Assembly (NCBI GenBank): GCA_934248075.1
Contig: CAKQKH010000001.1
Coordinates: forward strand, 51,771-115,770
DNA length: 64,000 bases
Direction of reading: 5' to 3'
Origin: an uncultured Alphaproteobacteria bacterium
GTDB lineage: Bacteria; Pseudomonadota; Alphaproteobacteria; RF32; CAG-239
Under the pieces are notes generated by a model. That model was not told the DNA's origin. It did no database searches and saw only the letters and a list, made by a program, of their open reading frames with translations. This document shows positions 34,993 through 44,050 of the stretch, in pieces. The position numbers were made by a program, and so were the translations under genes. Each line of letters opens with the position of its first letter. Within the stretch, counting starts at the first letter, position 1.

Positions 34993-35556
34993 CTATTGAA
35001 ACGTCCAGGTTATAACATTTTTATCGCCCGACTTACAGCTGTCGGTTGCTTTTTTAATATTCATCGGCAAATTACTATCGCCGGCGGCATCTGTTCCTGC
35101 CGGTAAAGTAAATAGTTTATCATTAATCTTGAGTTGATATAAGTCGCTGTTTTGCCCATTACTCCAGTTAATTTGACTAAGATTTATACAACTGCGGACC
35201 GGTAAATCCTTAAATGTTATGTCAAAATAATTTTTACCTAAAGTTGATTGTTTAATTTCAACTTCTCCATTTTGTCTATGCATTAACTTATTGCCCGCAA
35301 TCATTTGCGACGGCACCAAACCTTCTTTTTTAATTTTTTCAACTTCAGTAGGAATAGAGGCATAATCACCCTCAAGCCTGTACCGAGAAACAACATTTCT
35401 CTGCACTTCCTGAATTTCGTTCTCTATCATATTTTGCTTAAAAGCCTCAAACATTCCGCCAATAAGTTTCACGGCGGCAACCGTCATCACCGTAACCACT
35501 GATATTACGGCTATTGCCTCCATCATTGTTGCGCCTTGTTGATTACATTTTAGCAT
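34993..35556 (-). CDS. Type IV pilin-like / pseudopilin-like protein
   Basis: Prepilin-type N-terminus QQG/ATMMEAIAVISVVTVMTVAAV, with Gly at -1, Glu at +5 and a hydrophobic helix. There are two Cys in the C-terminal third (RSC...DSC). Confidence 0.5.
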   Translation of the reverse strand: MLKCNQQGATMMEAIAVISVVTVMTVAAVKLIGGMFEAFKQNMIENEIQEVQRNVVSRYRLEGDYASIPTEVEKIKKEGLVPSQMIAGNKLMHRQNGEVEIKQSTLGKNYFDITFKDLPVRSCINLSQINWSNGQNSDLYQLKINDKLFTLPAGTDAAGDSNLPMNIKKATDSCKSGDKNVITWTFQ

Positions 35557-35722
35557 TTTATCTCCTACTGTTCAGGATACCATTAAAAATTTTACTAAAC
35601 AACAATTTTGTAATATAAATTTACTTTATTTTTGCAAATTTTTCAACTATATTACTTCTCGTAATAAACGCCGCAATCGCAGTGTTTATAAATAGTTTAA
35701 CTTTATAAAGGAACGACTAATA

Positions 35723-36259
35723 ATGAAAAAGACTCTTGCTTTGATGGCTGCTGTTTCAGCTTTTGCTTTCACTGCCAATGCCAACGCCTATGAATTTGCT
35801 CCATATGTTGCTGCAGATTACACCTACACCGATGCTCAAAATGCTTTTGAAGTAAACGGTGGTAAAATTGCTCTTGGTACTGATTACAACAAATATTTCG
35901 GTACCGAAGTTTTCTATCAGCGCACTGGTTCTGACCGTGTTCACTCCGCTGGTGAAACTAGTGAATATTCTTTGCAGTCCTATGGCTTAGATGCTTATGG
36001 CTACTTGCCTCTTGGTTGTGATCAGGTATTCTCTCTGGTTGGTACCGCAGGTTTTGCTTTTGAAGATGTTAAATACAAAGAACCTGAAACCAACCGCAAA
36101 ACCGAACATGGTGTTGGTTACCGCTTGGGTGCCGGTGTTGAATACGCTTTCACCAACAACTTTGCTGTAAGAGCCTTGTATCGTTACACCTTCACTGATC
36201 AGTTGGGTGATCTTGATCACATGAATGAATACTCTTTGGGTATCAAATACAACTTCTAG
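35723..36259 (+). CDS. Small outer-membrane beta-barrel protein (OMP_b-brl/porin family)
   Basis: Signal peptide MKKTLALMAAVSAFAFTANA, alternating aromatic beta-strand pattern and the C-terminal GIKYNF. Confidence 0.7.
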   Translation: MKKTLALMAAVSAFAFTANANAYEFAPYVAADYTYTDAQNAFEVNGGKIALGTDYNKYFGTEVFYQRTGSDRVHSAGETSEYSLQSYGLDAYGYLPLGCDQVFSLVGTAGFAFEDVKYKEPETNRKTEHGVGYRLGAGVEYAFTNNFAVRALYRYTFTDQLGDLDHMNEYSLGIKYNF

Positions 36260-36279
36260 TCAAAGTTAGTTACAAAGAA

Positions 36280-36306
36280 GGAAGGGTTATCTGCCCTTCC
36301 TTTTTT
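36280..36306 (+). terminator. Rho-independent terminator after the OMP gene
   Basis: GGAAGGG (36280-36286), a loop, CCCTTCC (36294-36300), then T6. Confidence 0.55.
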
Positions 36307-36370
36307 ATTGCAAAAAATACAATGCTGTTTATATTATAGACCATAGTTTTATTAATCAGAGGAAAAATCC

Positions 36371-36844
36371 ATGAAAAAATTACTGTCTTTATTAATGGTT
36401 TTATTAACCATAAGCGCTTGTTCCAAATCAGAAGAGCAATCGCCAAAACCAACCCCTGCTCCCACAGCTTCAATTGATAAAGACACCATATTTTCTTTTG
36501 ATATAAACACTCTTTCGGCAGGATGCGACAATAATAGCGAGATGGTTTGTGCTATTAATGCCAGCATCAAATGCACTATTAATCCTGAGTTTGCCGAATG
36601 TGCCGAACTCAAGGCTTTTATGCCCAACTTTATTTTCATGCAAGATGATAGCCTGCAACGCCCGACATCGCAGTCTTACAAAATCACCAAAATAAAGCCA
36701 TTGTCTGACGGAACAGTAGAAGTATATACTCAAAGCACTTGCAACGGCAATTGGTTTGGACTATGCAACGGTAACATTATTTATGTTATGGATTATCAAA
36801 ACAATCACTGGATAGTTAAAGACTTATACGCCATAGAAGCCTAA
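36371..36844 (+). CDS. Lipoprotein, hypothetical (Cys-rich)
   Basis: Signal peptide with lipobox LTISAC. The mature part has no known motif. Confidence 0.5.
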   Translation: MKKLLSLLMVLLTISACSKSEEQSPKPTPAPTASIDKDTIFSFDINTLSAGCDNNSEMVCAINASIKCTINPEFAECAELKAFMPNFIFMQDDSLQRPTSQSYKITKIKPLSDGTVEVYTQSTCNGNWFGLCNGNIIYVMDYQNNHWIVKDLYAIEA

Positions 36845-37305
36845 TTATCAGTTATGATATCATCAACTATTTTTTCAAAAGCCTGACTCGTTTCAGAGCT
36901 TGATATATCTTTGTCATCAACTGCTTTTTGGTCATCGCTGTTCATTTCTGCCAAATCAGATTCCAACTCAGCGTTTTTAGGCATTTCTCCGCTTTTACTC
37001 AAAATTGCGATATCATGATTATACTTATCAAATTTAGTTTGATAATCAGGAGTTCCCACAATCTTATTATCTTCATCTTTTTTATGTTCATCAGTCTGAA
37101 CCATTGCTGATTGTTTACGTTGTTCTGCCTCCATTAGCAATTCTTCAGGTAAAGGCGGTAATTTTTCTGGTTGATTAAACTGATCCTTGGCCGGAATAAA
37201 AAAATCTGGTTGCAACTGTTTGCGCACATATTTACCCTGCGCTGATAAGGCCAAACCGCCAAACACCGCAGTCAAAACAATTATCGCTGCAAATTTATTA
37301 AACAT
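36841..37305 (-). CDS. Secreted acidic hypothetical protein
   Basis: Signal-peptide-like MFNKFAAIIVLTAVFGGLALSAQG. The rest is D/E/K-rich. Confidence 0.4.
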   Translation of the reverse strand: MFNKFAAIIVLTAVFGGLALSAQGKYVRKQLQPDFFIPAKDQFNQPEKLPPLPEELLMEAEQRKQSAMVQTDEHKKDEDNKIVGTPDYQTKFDKYNHDIAILSKSGEMPKNAELESDLAEMNSDDQKAVDDKDISSSETSQAFEKIVDDIITDN

Positions 37306-37352
37306 ATTGCCTCCGTAACCATAATTTAACTAATATATTGTATTCAATTTAT

Positions 37353-38012
37353 ATGAAAAAGCTTTTTTTTATATTAATTTTTAGCCTTTTTATTTTAGGG
37401 AATAAAGCTTTTGCAGCTTGTCCTGATAATCTTCCGTCGCCTAAAATTGAGCTTTATACTTCATATGGCAAAATAAATTATATTCAAAATCTGGATAATC
37501 GACAAATAACCGAATTAGCCGCACAAAAAGGTTACATTGAAAAAGGCATATTTGCTTCAGGCCTTTCTTTTGTAGAAGTAAACATGGACATAACCCTTAA
37601 AACCATCGGTGACATAATCGATAAATACGATATCTGCGTATATCCGACTTCAATTCGTCTTTCCATTTATTTTTCCAACCCAACTATTTATATATCCAAC
37701 CAATTATCACCCAATAGCTGTGAATATAAAGTTGTTTTGCGCCATGAGCAAACTCACCAACAAATAAATAAATCCGCGCTTGATTACTTTTTGCCTTTAT
37801 TCAAATCAGCCACTCTAAAAATAGCTCCGACCATAAAACCCATAAATGTAACCAATATTTCAGAAATAGACGCGGCATCAAACATTTTAACCGAAAAATA
37901 CAATCAAAAACTCACGCCGTTGCTAAACTTTTTTAAGCAACAGTTGCAAAAAGAACAATTTAAACTGGATAATCAACTAAATTATCAATATGAAAATACT
38001 CTATGCCGATAA
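37353..38012 (+). CDS. Secreted hypothetical protein with an HExxH motif (DUF922-like putative metallopeptidase)
   Basis: Signal peptide MKKLFFILIFSLFILGNKAFA and an internal VLRHEQTHQQI. ATG 37353 is preferred to TTG 37338. Confidence 0.35.
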   Translation: MKKLFFILIFSLFILGNKAFAACPDNLPSPKIELYTSYGKINYIQNLDNRQITELAAQKGYIEKGIFASGLSFVEVNMDITLKTIGDIIDKYDICVYPTSIRLSIYFSNPTIYISNQLSPNSCEYKVVLRHEQTHQQINKSALDYFLPLFKSATLKIAPTIKPINVTNISEIDAASNILTEKYNQKLTPLLNFFKQQLQKEQFKLDNQLNYQYENTLCR

Positions 38013-38744
38013 TCTGTTTTCATTCAAAACAAAATCCAAAAAACTCATCAGTCCTTTGTATGCATAGTCTATATAAGTTTTATCTTTAGCAGAATTGTTT
38101 TTATAATATATTCTTACGGTAGTCATTCCAGCTTCTTTGGCATATTCCAAATTAGAATAACTATCGTCAACAAACACACAATCCTGAGGTTTAACACCTA
38201 TTTTTTGACAATATTTAAAATATACATCGGCACTTTCATTTTTCTTATAAACACCAAAGTCTTCAACCGAGTAATATCTATCCTTAAAAAACTCCCACAA
38301 CCCCAGATGTTTGAGAATTTTCTCAGAAGCATAGCGATCACTGGCTGTAAAAACATACTGTTCAGCCGGCACTTTTTTAATTTTATCAATTAAATTTTCA
38401 TAAGGAACAATTTTTTCAACCGGCTTGCGACGATGATAAGCAATAAATAAATCTCTAGGATTAACTCCATAATCGCGAAAAAATATTTCTCCGCCATCGC
38501 GATAAATCCTAAAAGATTCTGTAACCAATGCTTTGGCCTTGGCAAAATCCATTTTTACACCCAAATCTTCAATCAAGGCCTGTGCCATGGTTGCGTCTAG
38601 CAAATCAGCAAATTCCTGAGTTTTATTATAGAGTGTATCATCAAGATCATAGATGATAATATTCTTACCAAAAACCAATTTAAGCTCCTTATTTTCAACT
38701 AAAACCTTGCTAATATTAATCAAATAGATAATTTCGTCAATCAA
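38001..38744 (-). CDS. HAD-superfamily hydrolase (pyrimidine 5'-nucleotidase-like, subfamily IA)
   Basis: Motif I IIIYDLDDTLY, motif II FTAS and motif III/IV VFVDDSYSNLEYAKEAGM. TTG start 8 nt after the dnaQ stop. Confidence 0.65.
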   Translation of the reverse strand: MIDEIIYLINISKVLVENKELKLVFGKNIIIYDLDDTLYNKTQEFADLLDATMAQALIEDLGVKMDFAKAKALVTESFRIYRDGGEIFFRDYGVNPRDLFIAYHRRKPVEKIVPYENLIDKIKKVPAEQYVFTASDRYASEKILKHLGLWEFFKDRYYSVEDFGVYKKNESADVYFKYCQKIGVKPQDCVFVDDSYSNLEYAKEAGMTTVRIYYKNNSAKDKTYIDYAYKGLMSFLDFVLNENRLSA

Positions 38745-38752
38745 ATATTGTA

Positions 38753-39442
38753 TTAATTATTCCAAACGGCGTTCTTAATCTTATCCGCCAAAAACTGATT
38801 ATGCACTGAAATTTCTTCTTCACTCAAAGCAAATGTGCGCGCCGGACGAACTTTTTTTTCCATTATACTAAAATTTTCAACACTGTTACTTGTCTTTTTA
38901 TTTTTAGCATCAAGCAACAAACTGGGCTCTTTTCCTCCGAGCAACTCCAAATAAACTTCAGACAACAACTGAGCATCAAGCAAAGCTCCGTGAAAAGTAC
39001 GACTGCTGTTATCTACCTCAAAACGTTTACACAACGCGTCCAAACTGCAACGCGCACCAGGAAATAATGCTCTGGCAATTTCCAAAGTATCAACCACCCT
39101 GCTCCAGTCATATTCCGGCAAACCTATCTGTTTAAGCTCATAATTAACAAAATTAATATCAAAAGAAGCATTATGCGCCACCAATGTGGCATCACCCACA
39201 AAATCAAGCCATTCTTGAGCTATTTTTTCAAAAGTCGGAAAATCCTTCAAATAATCATAGGTCAAACCATGAACTTTGACTACCTCCTCCGGAACATCTC
39301 TTTCCGGATTTATATATTGATGATAAATCACGCCGGTAGGCATATGATTAATAAGCTCCACCGCGCCAATTTCCACCAACCTGTCCCCTTTAGCATAATC
39401 AAAACCGGTTGTTTCCGTATCAAATACAATTTCTCTGGTCAT
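38753..39442 (-). CDS. dnaQ: DNA polymerase III epsilon subunit (3'-5' exonuclease)
   Basis: Exo I FDTETTG, Exo II VAHNASFDINF and Exo III HGALLDAQLLSEVY. Confidence 0.9.
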   Translation of the reverse strand: MTREIVFDTETTGFDYAKGDRLVEIGAVELINHMPTGVIYHQYINPERDVPEEVVKVHGLTYDYLKDFPTFEKIAQEWLDFVGDATLVAHNASFDINFVNYELKQIGLPEYDWSRVVDTLEIARALFPGARCSLDALCKRFEVDNSSRTFHGALLDAQLLSEVYLELLGGKEPSLLLDAKNKKTSNSVENFSIMEKKVRPARTFALSEEEISVHNQFLADKIKNAVWNN

Positions 39443-39443
39443 T

Positions 39444-40028
39444 TCAGGCTTCCAATCCTTTTATTATATTAATCAACTCAACTTTTAACAGATTCTTTGG
39501 TTTATCTGTATCAATTACTATATCGGCCAACATTTTTTTATGTTCATTGTTTATTTGCACATTATTAATCCGCTCAAAATCTTCAGCGCTAACTTTATCA
39601 CGCATCATCACTCTTTTTTTCTGAACTTCCGGATCAACATCTGCCACAATTATAATATCGCAATATTTATCCCAACCCATTTCAAACAACAAAGCCACAT
39701 CAATAAAAAACACATCATCACAAAAAGCATTTCTGCGAATAACTTGTTTCAGTTTTTGCCGCAAAAAAGGATGAATCAGACTTTCCAGAAGTTTAAGTTT
39801 TTTATTGTCGGCAAAAACGATATTTCGCAAAGCTCTTTTATCTGCCTCACCATTATTAACTATCCCATGAAAATTTTCATTCAAAGTTTGTAAAAAAAGC
39901 TTATCAAAATAGAGCCGACGCACCCAAGCATCAATATCAAAAACCGTATATCCCAGTTCTCTAGCCAACTTTGCTAAAGTGGTTTTTCCGCAACCTATAG
40001 ATCCTGTAATAGCGGCAACAATCATCAA
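39444..40028 (-). CDS. coaE: Dephospho-CoA kinase
   Basis: P-loop ITGSIGCGKTT and the coaE-dnaQ arrangement typical of alphaproteobacteria. Confidence 0.9.
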   Translation of the reverse strand: MMIVAAITGSIGCGKTTLAKLARELGYTVFDIDAWVRRLYFDKLFLQTLNENFHGIVNNGEADKRALRNIVFADNKKLKLLESLIHPFLRQKLKQVIRRNAFCDDVFFIDVALLFEMGWDKYCDIIIVADVDPEVQKKRVMMRDKVSAEDFERINNVQINNEHKKMLADIVIDTDKPKNLLKVELINIIKGLEA

Positions 40029-40058
40029 ATAGATCCTTTATTCAATATGTTACGAGTC

Positions 40059-40067
40059 TTATCCACA
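40059..40067 (+). promoter_or_regulatory. DnaA box, perfect consensus TTATCCACA
   Basis: Exact 9/9 match. Related boxes are TTATACACA (reverse strand, 40082-40090) and TTATCAACA (40199-40207), each 8/9. Confidence 0.5.
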
Positions 40068-40259
40068 TATCACACCAAATCTGTGTATAAATTAACCCTT
40101 TATTAGTCTTTATAGCTTTTAATCCTCGTAATGTAAATTTTAATTGCCAAACTTACGCACAGGCACAAATATCATCAACAAGCTGTTAGTAACTTCAATT
40201 ATCAACAATCAGCAAAATTTAGCCTTTACAAATCTAGCCACTTGATTCTGCAAAAACTA

Positions 40260-40274
40260 TTAATAAATAGTTAA
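40260..40274. promoter_or_regulatory. CtrA-type box TTAA-N7-TTAA
   Basis: The sequence TTAATAAATAGTTAA matches the consensus exactly. In AT-rich DNA a chance occurrence is not negligible. Confidence 0.3.
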
Positions 40275-40434
40275 TAATCGTCAACAAGCTTATTAACAAC
40301 AGCTAATCATCTGCATAACATCAGTATAAATATTTAATTAACAGGATTCACTGGGATTCACTAACAACAAAAACATTTTAAATATATTTATTTGGCCCTG
40401 CGGGGCTGTTCATAAAAGTGCATTTCAAAATCAT

Positions 40435-40463
40435 TTGACAGATTTCAAAAATAATCATATAAA
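40435..40463 (+). promoter_or_regulatory. Candidate sigma70-type promoter for rho
   Basis: TTGACA (40435-40440), a 17-nt spacer, then TATAAA (40458-40463), about 47 nt upstream of the rho ATG. Confidence 0.4.
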
Positions 40464-40509
40464 AAGCATACAACATCGTTCCTTTAATATATTTCCCTAC
40501 AAGGTTTAC

Positions 40510-41763
40510 ATGAATTTAAAAGATTTGAAACAGAAGTCTCCTACTGAGCTGTTGACTCAGGCAGAAGATTTGGGCATTGAAGACGCATCTTCCATGCGTG
40601 TTCAAGATTTAATGTTTGCCATTCTAAAAAAAGTGGCTGGTGATGATCAAACCATTTACGGTGAAGGCACTATTGAGGTTATGCAAGACGGTTTTGGTTT
40701 TTTGCGTTCTGCTCAATCCAATTATCTTGCCGGCCCTGATGATATTTACGTTTCTCCGGCTCAGGTTAAAAAATTCGGACTTCGTACCGGAGACACTGTT
40801 GAAGGTGAAATCCGCGCTCCCAAAGATAACGAGCGTTATTTTGCACTCACTAAAGTCAATCGGATTAATTTTGAGGATCCTGAAAAATCCAAGTTGCGGG
40901 TAAATTTTGATAACCTTACCCCTCTATACCCAACCGAGAAGCTTAATTTTGACATAATTTGTGGTGAAAAAGATTACACTACCCGCGTTATTGACCTAAT
41001 TTCTCCACAAGGCAAAGGACAGCGCGGGCTGATTGTGGCTCCTCCCCGCACCGGCAAGACCGTAATGCTGCAAAATATAGCTCACGCCATTGCCACCAAT
41101 CACCCTGAATGTTATCTTATGGTGTTGTTGATTGACGAGCGCCCTGAAGAAGTTACCGATATGACACGTTCAGTAAAAGGAGAGGTTATTTCTTCTACTT
41201 TTGATGAGCCTGCAAGCCGTCACGTTCAGGTTGCCGAGATGGTGATTGAAAAAGCCAAACGCTTGGTCGAGACTAAAAAAGATGTTGTTATTTTATTGGA
41301 TTCTATTACTCGCTTAGGTCGTGCTTACAATACGGTTATTCCTTCTTCAGGCAAGGTATTGACCGGTGGTGTTGACGCCAACGCTTTACAACGTCCCAAA
41401 CGTCTGCTCGGTGCTGCTCGCAACGTTGAAGAAGGCGGTTCTTTAACTATTATTGCCACAGCTCTAATTGATACCGGATCTCGTATGGACGAAGTTATTT
41501 TTGAGGAGTTTAAAGGTACCGGTAACTCAGAAATTATTCTTGACCGCAAGTTGACCGACAAACGCTTATTCCCGACTATTGATATCACCCGTTCCGGAAC
41601 TCGCAAAGAAGAATTGTTAGTTGATCGGGAACGCCTGACCAAAATGTGGGTTTTGCGTCGTGTCTTAATGCAAATGGGCATGACTGACGGCATGGAGTTC
41701 TTGCTGGATAAGTTGCGTGTTAGCAAAGATAATAATGATTTTTTTGCTAATATGAATTCTTAA
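40510..41763 (+). CDS. rho: Transcription termination factor Rho
   Basis: [21 protein letters not shown], Walker [18 protein letters not shown] and [11 protein letters not shown]. The track start TTG 40435 coincides with the -35 hexamer, so ATG 40510 is used. Confidence 0.92.
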   Translation: MNLKDLKQKSPTELLTQAEDLGIEDASSMRVQDLMFAILKKVAGDDQTIYGEGTIEVMQDGFGFLRSAQSNYLAGPDDIYVSPAQVKKFGLRTGDTVEGEIRAPKDNERYFALTKVNRINFEDPEKSKLRVNFDNLTPLYPTEKLNFDIICGEKDYTTRVIDLISPQGKGQRGLIVAPPRTGKTVMLQNIAHAIATNHPECYLMVLLIDERPEEVTDMTRSVKGEVISSTFDEPASRHVQVAEMVIEKAKRLVETKKDVVILLDSITRLGRAYNTVIPSSGKVLTGGVDANALQRPKRLLGAARNVEEGGSLTIIATALIDTGSRMDEVIFEEFKGTGNSEIILDRKLTDKRLFPTIDITRSGTRKEELLVDRERLTKMWVLRRVLMQMGMTDGMEFLLDKLRVSKDNNDFFANMNS

Positions 41764-41769
41764 ACAAAA

Positions 41770-41794
41770 GGCTCTCGGATAGAGAGCCTTTTTT
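41770..41794. terminator. Rho-independent terminator between rho and a convergent HAD gene
   Basis: GGCTCTC (41770-41776), loop GGATA, GAGAGCC (41782-41788), then T6. A-rich on the other side. Confidence 0.6.
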
Positions 41795-41799
41795 CATGA

Positions 41800-42465
41800 T
41801 TAAATATTTTCCAAAAATTTTTTCAGATCTTGCATATTGTCAAAAGCATGCTCAATATGCAGTTTTTTTAATTGTTCCCAAAAATATTCCTTACTAAATT
41901 TCAGATATTCCGTAAAGGCTATTGCATACATTCCCGCTTTCACAGCCGCGGTTAAGCCTGCTAAAGAATCTTCAATAACAATACAATCTTTAGGATTATA
42001 GCCCATATTTTTAGCAGCCAGCAAAAACAAATCAGGCTCCGGTTTGCCGTGCGCTACCATATCTGCAGTAAAGATATTCTTTGCCGGAAAAAAATTTTCT
42101 ATTCCCACCATTTTTATTTTCAAGGCAGTTTTTTCTTTAACACCGCCGGTAGCAATGCATTGAACAAACTTATCCATCTTAAATATTTCGGTGATATTTT
42201 TAGTCAGTGTCAAACCTTTGGTGGTTTTTTGCATATCTATATCCATTGCTTTCTGCCAAAATTCTTTAGTTGTACTAATTCCTAGTTTGTGCAAAACTTC
42301 AGTTTTGGTTTTATCGCTCATTCCTCCCAAAAAGTGATTGGTCTTTTCGAGATTCCAGCCAACATTAAATTCCTTATTAAGAAGTTCCATTCTGGTTTGT
42401 AGCCACATTACTTCTGTGTCGGCGATAACTCCGTCAAAATCCCAAATTATTAATTTCTTATTCAT
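41800..42465 (-). CDS. HAD-superfamily phosphatase (beta-phosphoglucomutase-like, subfamily IA)
   Basis: Motif I LIIWDFDGVIADTE, GKPEPDLF and VIEDSLAGLTAAVKAGM. Confidence 0.75.
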   Translation of the reverse strand: MNKKLIIWDFDGVIADTEVMWLQTRMELLNKEFNVGWNLEKTNHFLGGMSDKTKTEVLHKLGISTTKEFWQKAMDIDMQKTTKGLTLTKNITEIFKMDKFVQCIATGGVKEKTALKIKMVGIENFFPAKNIFTADMVAHGKPEPDLFLLAAKNMGYNPKDCIVIEDSLAGLTAAVKAGMYAIAFTEYLKFSKEYFWEQLKKLHIEHAFDNMQDLKKFLENI

Positions 42466-42644
42466 TTTCAGACTTTCTTCAATAAAAAAAAGGTTTCCAT
42501 AAATGAGCGTACAATCAATGATACGAAATTTTACAATAAACTTATTAAGAAAGACTAAAAAACCGCTCCAGAGTCAAAAAAACGCCCTTTTTGTGCTTGC
42601 AACCATTTTTGAATAATTTTATAAGATGTTATAGAGAGGTTACT

Positions 42645-43982
42645 ATGGATAATAAAACTATATATGCGTTATCAACCGTTTTTGGCAAATCAGGAGTTGC
42701 TATAATTCGTATTTCCGGATCAGAAGCTGCCAAAGTTGTTTCGGCTATGACTGATATTAAAAACATACGTCCGCGTTATGCTTATTTTACAACATTACAT
42801 CATTATAAAACTTCTGCTGTTTTGGATAAGTGCCTGCTTTTATATTTTAAGGCGCCAAATTCTTTTACTGGTGAAGATATAGTTGAATTGCAAATTCATG
42901 GTTCTCGCGCTGTTATTGAGTCTGTAATAGATAGTTTAGCTTCCATACCTGATTTTCGTTTAGCTGAACCTGGAGAATTTTCTAAACGCGCTTTTTATAA
43001 TCAAAAAATGGATTTAACAGAGGCTGAGGGCTTAGCAGACTTGATTGACGCCGAAACCTCCGAACAACAAAAATACGCTATTCGGCAAATGGAAGGCAGT
43101 CTTAAGAATCTTTATGACGGCTGGCGGCAAACTCTGGTTGGCCTTTTGGCTCACCTTGAAGCATATATAGATTTTCCAGATGAAGATATTCCTCAAAATC
43201 TTACTGAAAATATGCAAAACACTGTATTTAAAATTGTTGAAGATATTGAAAATCACCTTAAAGATAATGTTGCTGGTGAGCGTTTACGTGAAGGATATCG
43301 TGTTGTTGTGGTTGGTCCGCCAAACGCCGGAAAATCAAGTTTGCTCAATACAATAGCAAAGCGTGAGGCTGTTATTGTTTCTGATATTGCCGGCACAACT
43401 CGAGATGCTGTTGATATTCATTTAGATCTGGGAGGATATCCGGTTATATTTACTGATACTGCAGGTTTGCGCGAGACAGAAGAGCTTATTGAACAAAAAG
43501 GTATTGAAATAGCATATCATAAAATTAGTGATGCTGATTTGGTAATTTGCTTATTTGATGCCTCAACAGACTCTGTTCAACAATTTGATAATATTGCAAA
43601 ATCATTTAAAAATAAAATGATATTAGTGGCCAATAAAAGCGATAAATTAACTAATGAACAATGTTCAAAACTGCAAAGCGAAGGTTGTTTGGTTATATCT
43701 GCCAAACAATACAAAAGTGTAATAAGTTTATTGCAACAGATTGAATATAAAATAAAATCATCTTTTACTTCTGGCTCAAATCTTCTTATTACCCGTAGTC
43801 GTTATCGAGAAGCTCTGATTAATGTTATAACCTATCTCAGGGAGTTTGGTTTTAATAAAGAAATTGAGTTGACAGCCGAGGATATTCGTTTGGCTGTCCG
43901 TGAACTCGGCAAAATAACCGGACGCGTTGAAGTTGATGAAATTTTAGATAAAATTTTTGGCTCTTTTTGCATAGGTAAGTAA
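42645..43982 (+). CDS. mnmE: tRNA modification GTPase MnmE
   Basis: TIYALST..GKSGVAIIRISG, G1 GPPNAGKSSL, DTAGLRET, NKSD and the C-terminal FCIGK. ATG 42645 is preceded by AGAGAGG. Confidence 0.9.
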   Translation: MDNKTIYALSTVFGKSGVAIIRISGSEAAKVVSAMTDIKNIRPRYAYFTTLHHYKTSAVLDKCLLLYFKAPNSFTGEDIVELQIHGSRAVIESVIDSLASIPDFRLAEPGEFSKRAFYNQKMDLTEAEGLADLIDAETSEQQKYAIRQMEGSLKNLYDGWRQTLVGLLAHLEAYIDFPDEDIPQNLTENMQNTVFKIVEDIENHLKDNVAGERLREGYRVVVVGPPNAGKSSLLNTIAKREAVIVSDIAGTTRDAVDIHLDLGGYPVIFTDTAGLRETEELIEQKGIEIAYHKISDADLVICLFDASTDSVQQFDNIAKSFKNKMILVANKSDKLTNEQCSKLQSEGCLVISAKQYKSVISLLQQIEYKIKSSFTSGSNLLITRSRYREALINVITYLREFGFNKEIELTAEDIRLAVRELGKITGRVEVDEILDKIFGSFCIGK

Positions 43983-44050
43983 TATCTTTAACTTATTGCA
44001 AACAATTTTTTGCTATTATAAGGCAAATGAATTGAATTTTGGATAAAATA

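Larger units (their letters stand above)
40029..40509. other. Candidate chromosomal replication origin region (coaE-rho divergent spacer)
   Basis: A 481-bp AT-rich non-coding spacer. It holds a perfect DnaA box, two single-mismatch boxes, a perfect TTAA-N7-TTAA box and a tandem GGATTCACT repeat. Origin-proximal genes flank it on both sides. Confidence 0.35.

Noticed and set aside
40344-40362. Tandem GGATTCACT repeat, considered as a CRISPR array or plasmid-type iterons.
   Set aside because: There are only two contiguous 9-mers with a 1-nt gap. There are no spacers, no further copies and no cas or rep genes. It is kept only as a component of the origin-candidate finding.
40435-40509. Track start of rho at TTG 40435, which adds 25 N-terminal residues.
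   Set aside because: That TTG is part of a TTGACA-17-TATAAA promoter-like motif. The canonical Rho N-terminus (MNLKDLK...) begins at ATG 40510.
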